Part shown: piece after piece, positions 13,611-24,289 of the stretch
Layout: each line of letters begins with the position of its first letter
How positions within the stretch are numbered: the first letter of the stretch is position 1
Source of the DNA: Paraspadella gotoi
Taxonomy: Eukaryota; Animalia; Chaetognatha
Direction: 5' to 3'
Assembly (NCBI GenBank): GCA_051294375.1
Contig: CM119265.1
Coordinates: forward strand, 1,490,654 to 1,554,653
Length of the DNA stretch: 64,000 nt
Notes under the pieces: model-generated
Database searches by the model: none
What the model was told of the DNA's origin: nothing
What the model saw: only the letters and a program-made list of their open reading frames with translations
Position numbers and translations under genes: made by a program

Positions 13611-15371
13611 CAATTCTTTTGAAGAGTTCTCCCCCCCTTAAAAAAGTTATTTATCTTTTTTAACGATCAAAATTAAACAAACGGGATTTATCTTCAATTA
13701 GCGTTTTGCTATTGTTATTTCCTTCTCCAAAATTGAACACGTCATTTTTTCTCCATGAGAAAGAAAAAGACATATTCCTTGGCCTATCAGCCCCCTATCT
13801 AACTGGACGAGAGATCGAGAGAGAGAGAGGCAAGAACGAGAGCAGGACGAGAGAGAGTGCATCTCTTGAGCACGAGAATGATGATGAGCAGAGTGAAGAT
13901 GAGAGATAAGAGCAGAGTCGGAGTCTTCCTCCGAAGAATTTTTGTTTTTGTTTTGAAGTCGATGGGAGCCGTTATTATTCAAAGGAAAACGCAAAACGCG
14001 GAAAACGAATGAGATGAGAGAGGAGATGAGAGAGAGATGCAGAGAAGAGAGCACGACGAGAAGAGAGAGAGAGCAGAGAAGAGAGAGACGATTGGATGAA
14101 GATAGAGTAGAGATGAGAGATGAGAGAGGCACACACGACGGTGAAAACATAAGTAAACAAAGTGAAAAAAAGACAAAGAATAGAATCTCGATTTAATAGA
14201 TAAGCAATGATCGTGTTGAACTCGGTGCACACCGGTATAAAAGCTGAAGAAAGCAGCAAAATACAAAAATACATGAAAATAAAGAGAAAAATTAAATTAG
14301 CACACAAACTATGGGAGAAGAAGGAAAGGAAAATGATGGAGAAAAGCGGAGAAAAATTGCATGGAGAAAAAGGAGGCTGAATGATGCGAGAAAACGGGAG
14401 GAAATTATGCGAGCGAAAAAGGATGGAAAATGATGGAGAAAACAGAGCGAGCCCGAAAATGATCTGCGAGAAAATGGTGCTGGCAGGTAAAGATCGTACA
14501 GAAGTGGAACAATAAAAGGAGAAAAAAAGTGGAAGAATAGGAAATAAAGAAAAAAAGAATAGAATAAAAAAGAAAACAAGAACAATGAAAAAAACGGAAC
14601 CAAGAAAAAGGGAAAATAGGAAACAGCGGCGAAAAAAAGGAAAAAAGAGGAAACAATAAGTGCGAAAAAAGAAAAAGCGAAAGATTAGTCGCTAGGAAAA
14701 AAAAGGAAAATAGGAAAAAAGGAAAAAGAAAATTGGATTTGAGTAAAAAATAAGAAAGATCTCTAGCGGAGTGTTTTCTTTTTTCTTTGGCCAAAATAAT
14801 TTTTTTTTTTTGGGGAGAAAATTTAATCTTTAAATTTAATCTTTAAATTTAATCTTTCTACTTTTTTATATCATGACTTATAAGTCCATATTTTAATTTT
14901 TGGTAGGTCAGTCTGTTTGTCATTTTGTCGGTAGAATTTTAGTTTTATTTAACGCAATATTTATAAACAAACAAACAAACTGAGAGATCGACGGAGGGAC
15001 ACAAAAATCGTTCAATTGAGTCGGGATTCGCCGCGTCAAACAGAATATATGAAAACTAGAATAGCTAAAAGTTAGAAACTGAAGTTGATGATAAAAAAAA
15101 ACAAAAAAAGATAATGAGATGACGAGAAAAACGTCAAAGACAAAAACAAAACATTCCCGTCCGTCTGTCCGTCAGTCAGTCTGTCAGTATTTTTTTTAAA
15201 GAACGAAGAATATAACAAAACCGTCATTTTTCTCGTTAAAAAAAAATAACTTGTTTTAAATTTATTGTGATTGTTATTTCAAAGAGACAGTCATAACACA
15301 GCATTCCTCTGACAAAATAGATGTTAAAAAAAATTATCTCAGCGACCAAAGTAGTTTATCATTGATAGAAC

Positions 15372-15454
<83 letters not shown>

Positions 15455-16623
15455 GGCAAGTTTGTGTGAAAAGTCGGCAGCTGCGAAGAAACAAAACACT
15501 AGAACCAAAACACGNNNNNNNNNNNNNNNNNNNNNNNNNGAGAGAGAGAGAGATGAGAGACGCGAGAGATGAAGGAGAGAGTGAGAGAGAGAGAGATGGA
15601 GAGCAGCGGAGTCTTTTTTTTTTCGCTGCTGGATGCCGAAGATTTTTAGTTTTTGTTTTGAAGTCGAGTTTTATTATTCCACAAAGGGGGAAAACGGGGA
15701 AGAGAGAAACGGGGGTGAGGAAAACAATGAGAGGAGAGAGTCGAGAGAGCGAGAGAGAGGATGAGGAGAGAGTGACGGAGGAGAGAGACGAGAGAGATGA
15801 GAGGAGAGAGAGGAAGAGAGAGAACACCGACGGGAAACATCAAGAAAACGAAAGGGAAAAAACAAAAGAAAATCTCGATTTGATATAGAATAAGCAAATC
15901 TGTACTTCGTCTCAAACACGGAAGAAACGAAGAGAAAGAGACACAAACAAAATAATGAAAAAATAAGAGAAAATATAAAATTAGCACCAAAACTAGGAGA
16001 GAAGGAAGAAAATGATGGAGAAAAGAAACAAAAATGATGAGGAAGAGAATAAGGATGTCGAATGATGAGAAGGGAGGAATTATTGGAGGAAAAAAGGGAG
16101 GAAATATTGGAGAAAAGGAGGAATGATGGAGAAAAGGGAGGGAAAGTCATTTATGAAGGGGAAAATAAAGAAGATCGAAAAAAGGGAAGAAAGGAAAGAA
16201 GAAAAAAAAAGAGAATAAAAAAAGAAACCAAAACAATGTGGGAAAAAAAAAAACGAAAAGAAAAAGGAAAATTAGGGAAAACAGGGAAAAAAAGTGGAAA
16301 AAAAAGGAAATAGGGAACAATAAAAAAAAAAAGGAATAGCGAATAGAAAAAAAAGGAAATAGGAGATAAAAAAGAAAAAGAAAAATTGATTTGAGTAAAA
16401 AATAATAAAGATCTCTAGCGGACGAGTGTTTTCTTTTTTCTTTGGCCAAATAATTTTTTTTCTTTTGGGAGAAAATTTAATTTAAAATTTAATCTTTAAA
16501 TTTAATCTTTTTCTACTTTTTTTATCATATTGACTTATAAGTCCATATTTTAATTTTTGTTTCTGTAGGTCAGTCTGTTTGTCATTTTGTCGGTTAGAAT
16601 TTTGTTTTTATTAACGCAATATT

Positions 16624-17168
16624 TGTAGCCCACCTTTCGATCAAATTAATTTTCTATAAAAAAATTAATTCATCCGCTCCGGAGTTGAACCCGGGAAATC
16701 AAAAGACTTGGCGATGCCTTGACCGAGCGACCTGGGTCCACCAGTCAAACTACCAAACACTGTCAAACTTCGAAATCCTTACTGTACTTAATATGGATTA
16801 TCAAGGAAACTTTCTTTGTCCTTCCCAAGGATCCACCAAATTTCAAACAAGATGTCACTATGAATTATTTTTGTTTTAATGATTGCCCTTCCTTATCTAT
16901 TGAATTGTAACCTGATCTCATTTCAGTCTGGCTTTTTACTCCTCCAAAAAGAATTTAAACCTGATCTTCTAAATTTATTCTTCAATGTTTTGAATTAAGT
17001 CCTCAAACAAATGTAAATAATTTACATTAATGCTCACTGAGAAAATTAAACAGTCTGAGATCATTAAGTACCAACGTTAAGCCTTTCCTGCGCTCTGGAT
17101 TCCCTTAAGGAATAGAAGGCACCAAGTCTCACGATCAATCTTAGACCTCAAGCGTCACCTGTGCCACA
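16624..17168 (+). repeat. 5' LTR
   Basis: TG...CA termini (tgtagc...gccaca, an imperfect inverted repeat). Colinear with 23497-24058 apart from scattered indels. Confidence 0.93.
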
Positions 17169-17183
17169 TGGGTCAGCCCAACG
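17169..17183 (+). promoter_or_regulatory. Primer-binding site (tRNA-Trp-like; tRNA-Lys not excluded)
   Basis: tgggtcagcccaacg directly follows the LTR CA. It resembles TGGTGACCCCGACG (complement of the tRNA-Trp 3' end, typical of the CsRn1 clade) and shares gcccaacg with the Lys PBS TGGCGCCCAACG. The read is noisy. Confidence 0.55.
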
Positions 17184-17388
17184 CAGAAATCCACAAACCA
17201 AACCTTCCAAACGGTTCGTGCGCGGTCCACGGCAAACGGAATCAAATCCAACCCCTCTGAGTAAGAATTGATGATGGGAATGAGGAATATAGCGATAACA
17301 TCCAATCCAGCTTAACACCCTTTCCTTTTCACTGCCCCCAAACTCTCACTTCACCAACCGGGCCCACGGAGCTGAGCGAGAAAGCAAA

Positions 17389-18860
17389 ATGACAGACCCA
17401 AAGAAAATCAATATCGCCTTCGTCCTGCTCAAACGCGGACTCCACCGACGTCGAAGCAGACGCGCAGCAACCTCCAACGTCCCCTTGTAGGCTTCGGGCG
17501 CGGAGAACCAATCGAATCAAGATCGCACCGGTTTCGCCGATAGTATGGTAACGCCCGGTCAACGTTCGACTTTTCAAAGAATCGACGCCAGAATTTCGAA
17601 AAAAACGCCCCGACATGTCGACTGGTGGCGCCACAGAGAAAGGGAGGCTTCGCGGGGGGGAAAAGAGGAGGACTTCGCGCAGCTTTGGCCGTGGCAGCAC
17701 TCGCATTGCCCTGGAGAGAGCCTTCCAACAAGAAACCCGACCTTTCGCGGATTTCGACACTTCCAATATGCGAGTATCTGGTCGAGGCGAGTCGACATCC
17801 GCCCGTATTACTCGGGCAGGAATCGTCGGCGAGTCCGAGGTTTATATCATCCGCCATATTTCCGCTCAACTCACTCTCCCTCTCGCCCATCAAAGTCCAT
17901 CTTGGCTCAGGTGTGGGTTGGAGAAGAGCGATCCTGATCCAGGCGTTTAGTGTTTCATCCGTCAGTACCTAACTGATCACTTCCTCCCTGCTTTTTTCTC
18001 TTCGGGCTCTCGCGCGCAAAGCGAGCTGCAATCGGTGGGTAAAAGAAAACGCGCTCGGACCAGGATCTCCTCCAATACTTGACGAAAAGAATGATTGGAT
18101 TATTCGCCGCTCGGAACAACTCAAGAGCTGCTTTCCTTCTCGGGCGATCAAACTTTCCGTTTCGGACCTTTCGACGGAGCGGTTTCGTGATTTAAGACGC
18201 TCCCTAAATTTAGACCACCACTACAAAAACAGCATGCAAATGTAGTGCAAGAAAACAACTAACAAAACCGCCTTTTATCTCGCATTGACTCGAAATGAAA
18301 ATCTTCGAACTTTCCAAGGCCGGAAATACGACTGTAACTGGAGAGATAAGGCCTAGGAGCTGGACTATCAGTGTCAAAACACTCGTGTGCCAGCTGGCTG
18401 AGCGTCAAGTCACGCACCCACCTTCATATTGAAGGAAAATCTCAAGATTCGCGCAGCAAGAAGCTCCCTCTTCAACAACATGTCGTGAACATAGAAACAA
18501 CCGAAGTCGCCAGAAGAGCGTTCAACATCGACATCGTATCTAAATGAATGACGACCGCCGCATCAACGCTCCCTCGGCAATTCCAGAAGCGGAATACAAT
18601 GGAAAAAAAGATGTCGAAATAATACCAGCGTAAGCAGAAAGAAGCCAAAGCTGAAAATGACCTAATCTGCAGCAAACATCGTTACGTATTCGGAAGAGGC
18701 GCAACATTACACTCGCTGGCCGATTTCGTGACCCACGCTGCTGTGCTTAACTTTACGTGAAGTATGCACTCCTCCAGAAACGTAGACGTCGCAGGGAATG
18801 CCCGATTAGGGGGACGCGGACGCTCGGTTCTGTTGAACGCCGGGTTCGCTCCAACAGCAA
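17389..18860 (+). CDS. gag: Retrotransposon gag (frameshifted in this sequence; boundaries approximate)
   Basis: GC-richer coding-like region between PBS and protease, with an ATG at 17389. At 18663-18745 it reads across indels as IC..H.R.FG..A..C..C, the CHCC knuckle of CsRn1-type Gag. Confidence 0.6.
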
Positions 18861-18879
18861 ACACGTTTCACCGTCGGTC

Positions 18880-21800
18880 AAGCGACTTTGCTTTAATCGG
18901 GGACTCCAACAGATAGGAGAAATGGCTGGTGGATGGTCGGGGCGTTGCTTTCGATCATTCCCCGACTCCGTGAGCAGATAAGACGCGGCACCCTTGATCC
19001 GAATGAGAGGATTTGCAAGCGGCCAAACGGATTCTCCGAATTACTGCTATGGAAGAGTACATGAAGACCTAACACCTGGGGAAACGCCAATTCGAATATG
19101 AATTCCATTGTAGCAGGACGTTACACAGAAGTATACTTTGGCGCACTTTCTCGCGGAGAACTCTCTTTAGGCTACAAACCATCGGAAGAACGCCTTCTCA
19201 TGGATCTAGCAAGATTATTCAACCATTGCGCATCGAATAATCCTCTTCCGAACTAAGTCATGTGCATTGTCAATTTCCGTAAGGGAACAGATAGGGAGAA
19301 AAGCTTTTAAAGCTTCCTCGCGAGTCGTTTCCATCAGTCTAACCGCTAACATTTGACATGAAAAGAAACTCAAAACATGGTCTCGTGTAATATCAGTATC
19401 GATTACCCACAGAAGGCAGACTCTCCCCTGCCGAATCGAGAGGCAAATCCCGGTAGACTTCGAGCCCAGAGAAGAAACTGGGCGGTAGCTTAAAAGAGAG
19501 GTTAGAGAAGTTGGTTCTCGATTGGGAATCGCAAAGCAGAGGAAAATTCTGAGTGTTGGTTCGTCGCGTCACGTCCTGTAGCAGCACGCCCTTGACGGCG
19601 GGCTGGACGAATGCTGCGGCGATATAAGCAGGCAGGGCCTAAAACATCTCATGACTCAATAGAAACGGAACAATAAGTAATCCCTATAGTGAAGCTTCCA
19701 ACTTTTAACAGACTTCAATATTGTCGAGAACTCTGAACGGCTAAAGGCGACGCCTCATTCTCAAAGAGCGACCCTGAGTCGGACTTGGTTAAACAGTGGA
19801 CTATGCGGTGTCAACCACAGGCTAATATCCTGGGTGTAATCCCTGATGATTGTAAGAAAACGCTTTTAACGCGGTAGATAACACCTGTTCGGACCTGTAC
19901 TGTTCCTTTCCCGCTGCACTGTTCAGGCCCTCAAATAAAAATGCTTACAAGGCGCAGGGACCTTTCCAGCGTCTCATGGATGAGATTCTGGAAGAGAAAA
20001 TCCCTAACAACTTTCGTGATATATTCTTGATTGACTATAGGCAGTATACTGGTCGCTCTCATCTTTCACGGATCCCTGCAAGCTTATGGAACACTTACAA
20101 GACCTCGTGCAATCGAAGTTTTCAAGACTCTAGATGCCACACGTTTTGTTGTGGTCAAACACCAAGGAAGTGTTCATGCTGGGTCAAGGAATCCATGCTG
20201 GTAGTTCCTCGGATTTTTGGTGACAAGAATGGAGTTCACCCCTTTCCGGAGAGGTACAAAAACTTCTTCAAAGCAACACTCGAGTGAGACCCGACTACAG
20301 TCAAAGAACTAAGCATGCGATATCTTGGCATGATAAATTATTTTATTCTCCGCCGATTTCTTCCTTAAGGTTTGCTCATACAGCATGGCACACTGTCAAA
20401 CGCGCCGCTCTACGACGCCTTTAAGCGGCAAAACCGACGTGCGTTTGAAATGGAAACGGAGTGTTGAGGAAGCGTTTAATCAATCAAACAAGGCTGGCTA
20501 GTACAAGCAGCACCTGTTCCTTGCATCACCCTCGCAAACAAGGCGCACAGCTAGTTCTGCTCACAGACCGGTGATCTTTAGGCTCCAGGAAATGTTTTTC
20601 TTTCACGGCGGTGAGAGCGCGTTCCGATACAACTGAGGAACAAGAAAAGGCTGTTAGGTTTTAGGAAACCGCTTAGCAATTCTTCTCGGCGAAACTTTGC
20701 AAAAAATCAAAGACCCTCTGGGCCGGCCTTACCAGTTCGAGCCGAGAATTTATTCGGCCGGCCTTCAGAGCATGTTCGCACAATTTTCCTTTATTGGGAC
20801 ATTGATGAAGGGAAGGATTCACAATCTACACCGCACCCCACCAAGGCTCTGTAGAACCGTGTCTATTCTAAAGAAATCGGCCATTTATTTAGCTCAAATA
20901 CTGTGCACAAGGAAAGAATCCCCTGACCAGCTGTCGGTTGATCGCATGAATTTCAACACAGAGATATCGATACTTTATAAAGAATAGAGCAAAATATGTA
21001 AAAAGAACAACAGATTTATCAGCGGGCCGCCTTTGTTGTTGATATTCACCGTAATCGCGTCCAAATGCATGCATCTCAACAAATCCAGCACAGCAATGGT
21101 CGAAAAAATCTATCCCGCCAACCTGCATCCCACAGGCAACCAACGGAAACAACGAAGCGGAGATCTCAACAAACCAAGCGGACCCAATATCGTCAACGCA
21201 TCGACGAGAAAGCTCGAAGTGAGAAAATTGAGAGAGCCGATCTCAAACTAAATCGACCGAAGAACGCCGAGGCGCGTATAGCTTCACTCACAAACCTTCG
21301 ACGTTGGAGCTCTCGAACAAATGCGACGAGAGACGAGCATAACCGCCTATCGAGCGCCGAATTTCGGCAGCAAGATTTTCGAGGGATGCAAGAACCGCGT
21401 TTGACTTTTCAGAAAAAAGCTCCAAGTCGACCTGCAACGAACAGGCTTCTAGCAGATGTTTCAAACGGCCCCGCTCGCCGTTTGTCCTGCAGCTTTGGCG
21501 CCGATAAATCTTCGACGTTTAGATACACGGGCTTGGCCATACCAGGCGTCGAGCACATCACGGTAAAGCCGATAACGTCAAATTACGTACTGGCAAATAT
21601 GAAGCAGGTATATCAGCAAAGGGTCCAAAAGGACTGAGTATTGATTGCAGCGAGCTAAAGTACTCGAATGTTAGTGCCCGAGATTGGTGAATTTTTTAAA
21701 GACAAATCCACCCTCGGAAGGTTTCAAACACATAAAATCTGGATCTAGTAAAGGATTGCCAAATTCAAACGGCATTTAACATTGGCTTTTAAAATAGATG

Positions 21801-22610
21801 TTAGGACTCTTCTCAAGGTGCCAATTCTGCAAGATACACTAATCAACAACGCTACCACAAACCAAATTCTTGCATGCCCTCAGCACCAATGGCATAAGCT
21901 CCTTCGAACTCCAGCGTACATTACACAGATCGTGGACCCCAATTTTTATTCGGCACTTCATGGAGACAGCTTACCAGGGCAATGGGACATAAAGCATACA
22001 GCCAACACCGCATATCACCACAGGCCAACGGCCTAGCTTTAAATCGGTTTCATCGAAGGTCTGAAGAGAATCCTCATGCGTTGGCCAGAGACTGAGACGC
22101 GAAATTGGTACTGGAAGTTGCCTATTAACCTCATTACTTCGACAATTTCGTATCAGCTACCGAAGGTAAAGATAGCGGCGCTCACAGCGGTCCGATTTAG
22201 TAATTCGGGTGATAGAAACGGGCTCAACGTCCCAGGTGGCTACTGCTTGAGCGACACCAAAACGACCCATGCTCGAGAGTTCAGCGTCGAGACGACTAAA
22301 GGCGATCAATATTAGCCAGTCTTTCAGTTGAAGTGCTCGTTTTACATACACTCCGAAACTCGTTCATACCGTCCCCGCCCCACCGACAAACCGGACACAA
22401 TTCGCATCTTACGCGGCCAGACTCGTTTGGGATACTCTCTCGTCGCTCAATATTGACGTTTTCGTACGAAAGGCAGCGTTCCAATCACCACTAAATTCCC
22501 GCCATTATGAAGGCCCTTCGCGATCAGTCGCAACGCCTCATATGACAATCGACATTCCCAGCACCGGCCAGTCAAGAACAGTCAACTATTGCACGGGTAG
22601 AGCCGGGCAT
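18880..22610 (+). CDS. pol: Retrotransposon pol: aspartic protease, reverse transcriptase, RNase H, integrase (frameshifted in this sequence)
   Basis: Motifs read across indels. PR: WLVDGGALLSIIP (18923), LQAANGS..CYG (~19013), FIVADV..ILGA.FL (~19103). RT: GWR.CGDY (~19598), ITPFGL (~19878), FQRLMDEIL (~19962), FVY.DD-like (~20012). RH: EGR.FTIYT.H (~20807). INT: LLADVSNGPAR (~21446), HPGV (~21538), CQRAKV (~21645), DRGPQF (~21928), TTAYHPQANG...RFHR.LK (22003-22065), PYEGPF (~22503). Confidence 0.9.
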
Positions 22611-23487
22611 ATGGAATCAGCAGGAGGACTTGCGAGTGGGCACGTCCATCGAATCCGCCGAGGACACGCCCACTGCGACGCCGGCCGCTCGCGTCCAGCC
22701 CAGAAGAGAACGCGAAAGCGCCGGCGCCAACAACAAGAGAAACAAGATCCATGACTCTCGACCGCGGCGCTTTTGCGTCCTCCTTCCTCCTCCTCCTCCT
22801 CCTCCTCCTCCTCCTCCTCTTCCCCATCCCCTCTTCACCCCAACACCCGCTGTCTACCCTCGACCCACTCACACCTTCCCAACGCTCTCTTTGCCTTCCA
22901 TCTTCCCCTTCTCCGACCTTCTCCGCTCACCATCTCCAACCTCAATAAATAAACATCATCAACGACGAGAAATGAATTAATGAGCAACGTGGAGGTCTCC
23001 AAACTGATAGCGGAGAATTTTCTCGGAAAAAGAGAAGTCGCCAAACGAATAACGGAACCAAAACAACGACAACAACAAATCGGACCAACTTACGCTGTTC
23101 GTGCTATAGTAGAACATGCTTCTCCCGACAAGAGAAGACACGAAGAGAGAAGAAGAAAAGCGAAGACGAAAATAACGACGAGAAGTATCCTTATGTTACT
23201 CTAGTCAAACAACCGGAGTATTTTCTCTTGTCGTCCTCATCAACCTACACGAAAACTTCGACTTTGAACGTTACCAGTTACCTTGTATTATATATGATAT
23301 TCATTTGGTATTTTCTTGTAACTATTAATTAGTATTTTGAATATTTAAGTTAATCTATCTCAATTAGATTTATTTATTAATTGTATATCACCGGATTTAT
23401 ATATTTGTTGTTAGATTATATAACATACTTTAGAAACGGGTTGTTCAACAATATTTAATTGAAATTGATTTAACCAATATATTCAAC

Positions 23488-23496
23488 AGGGGGGCG
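23488..23496 (+). promoter_or_regulatory. Polypurine tract
   Basis: aggggggcg immediately 5' of the 3' LTR TG. Confidence 0.8.
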
Positions 23497-24058
23497 TGTA
23501 GCCACCATCGATCAAATTAATTTCTGATATAAAATAATTTCATCCGCTCCCGGAGTTGAACCCAGGGACTGCAAAGACTACTGGGATGCCCTTGACAGAG
23601 CGACCTGGGCAACCAGTCAACTAAGCCAAACTTCAGAACTTTCGAAACCCTTACATTTTAAACTTTAACGATTATCAAAAGACTATTTGGTGCTCTTCTC
23701 TTCCCTAAGGCTTCACATACCCAAATTCAAAACACAATGAGTCTACTATGAATTATTTATTTTTGTGTTTTAAGTGATGCCTTCCTTATTGATATTGATG
23801 TGTTAAACTGTAATTCATTCAGTTGCTTTTACTCTCATAAAAGAATAAACCTGATTTTCTAAACTTTATTCTTCAACTGTTTTTAATTAAGTCGTCAACA
23901 ACATGTAAATATATACATTGATGCTACTTGAGAAATTAAACAGAGCCTGACTACATTAGGACCAACGCTTTAAGCCCTTCCTGCGCTCTGGATCCTTAAG
24001 TGATGACTCAACCAAGTCTCACGATCTTAAAAACCCTCAAACGTTCACCCTTGCCACA
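23497..24058 (+). repeat. 3' LTR
   Basis: Starts tgtagccacc right after the G-run PPT. Ends gccaca, followed by TSD tatt and the resumed host flank (tataaacaaacaaac). Confidence 0.93.
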
Positions 24059-24289
24059 TATTTATAAACAAACAAACAAACCTGAGAGAAGAGAGATCGG
24101 ACGGAGGGACACCCAAATCGTTCAATTGAGTCGGGATTCGCCGCGTTCAAACGGAATATATGAAAAACTAGATAACTAAAAGTTGAAAACTGAAGTTGAT
24201 GATAAAAAAAAAAAAAAGATAATGAGATGACGAGGAGAAAAAACGTCAAAGACAAAAACAAAAAATTCCCGTCCGTCTGTCCGTTCAGT

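Larger units (their letters stand above)
16624..24058 (+). mobile_element. Full-length Ty3/Gypsy LTR retrotransposon, CsRn1/Kabuki/Boudicca-like clade
   Basis: Two ~550-bp direct repeats both start TGTAGC and end GCCACA. TATT TSD at 16620-16623 and 24059-24062; the empty site AACGCAA-TATT-TATAAAC is at 14951-14968. A PBS-like TGG follows the 5' LTR and a PPT precedes the 3' LTR. Internal order is gag, PR, RT, RNase H, INT. The CHCC-type gag motif and 4-bp TSD fit the CsRn1 clade. Confidence 0.95.

Noticed and set aside
16671-16740. tRNA gene on the minus strand within the LTR
   Set aside because: Only the box motifs and a T-arm-like stem are present. Acceptor and anticodon stems do not pair convincingly, so it is reported as tRNA-like only.
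17169-23496. Calling the Gypsy element an old decayed pseudogene
   Set aside because: Disruptions are dominated by scattered 1-nt indels, also seen between duplicate host flanks, which is the pattern of raw long-read error. Age cannot be judged from this sequence.
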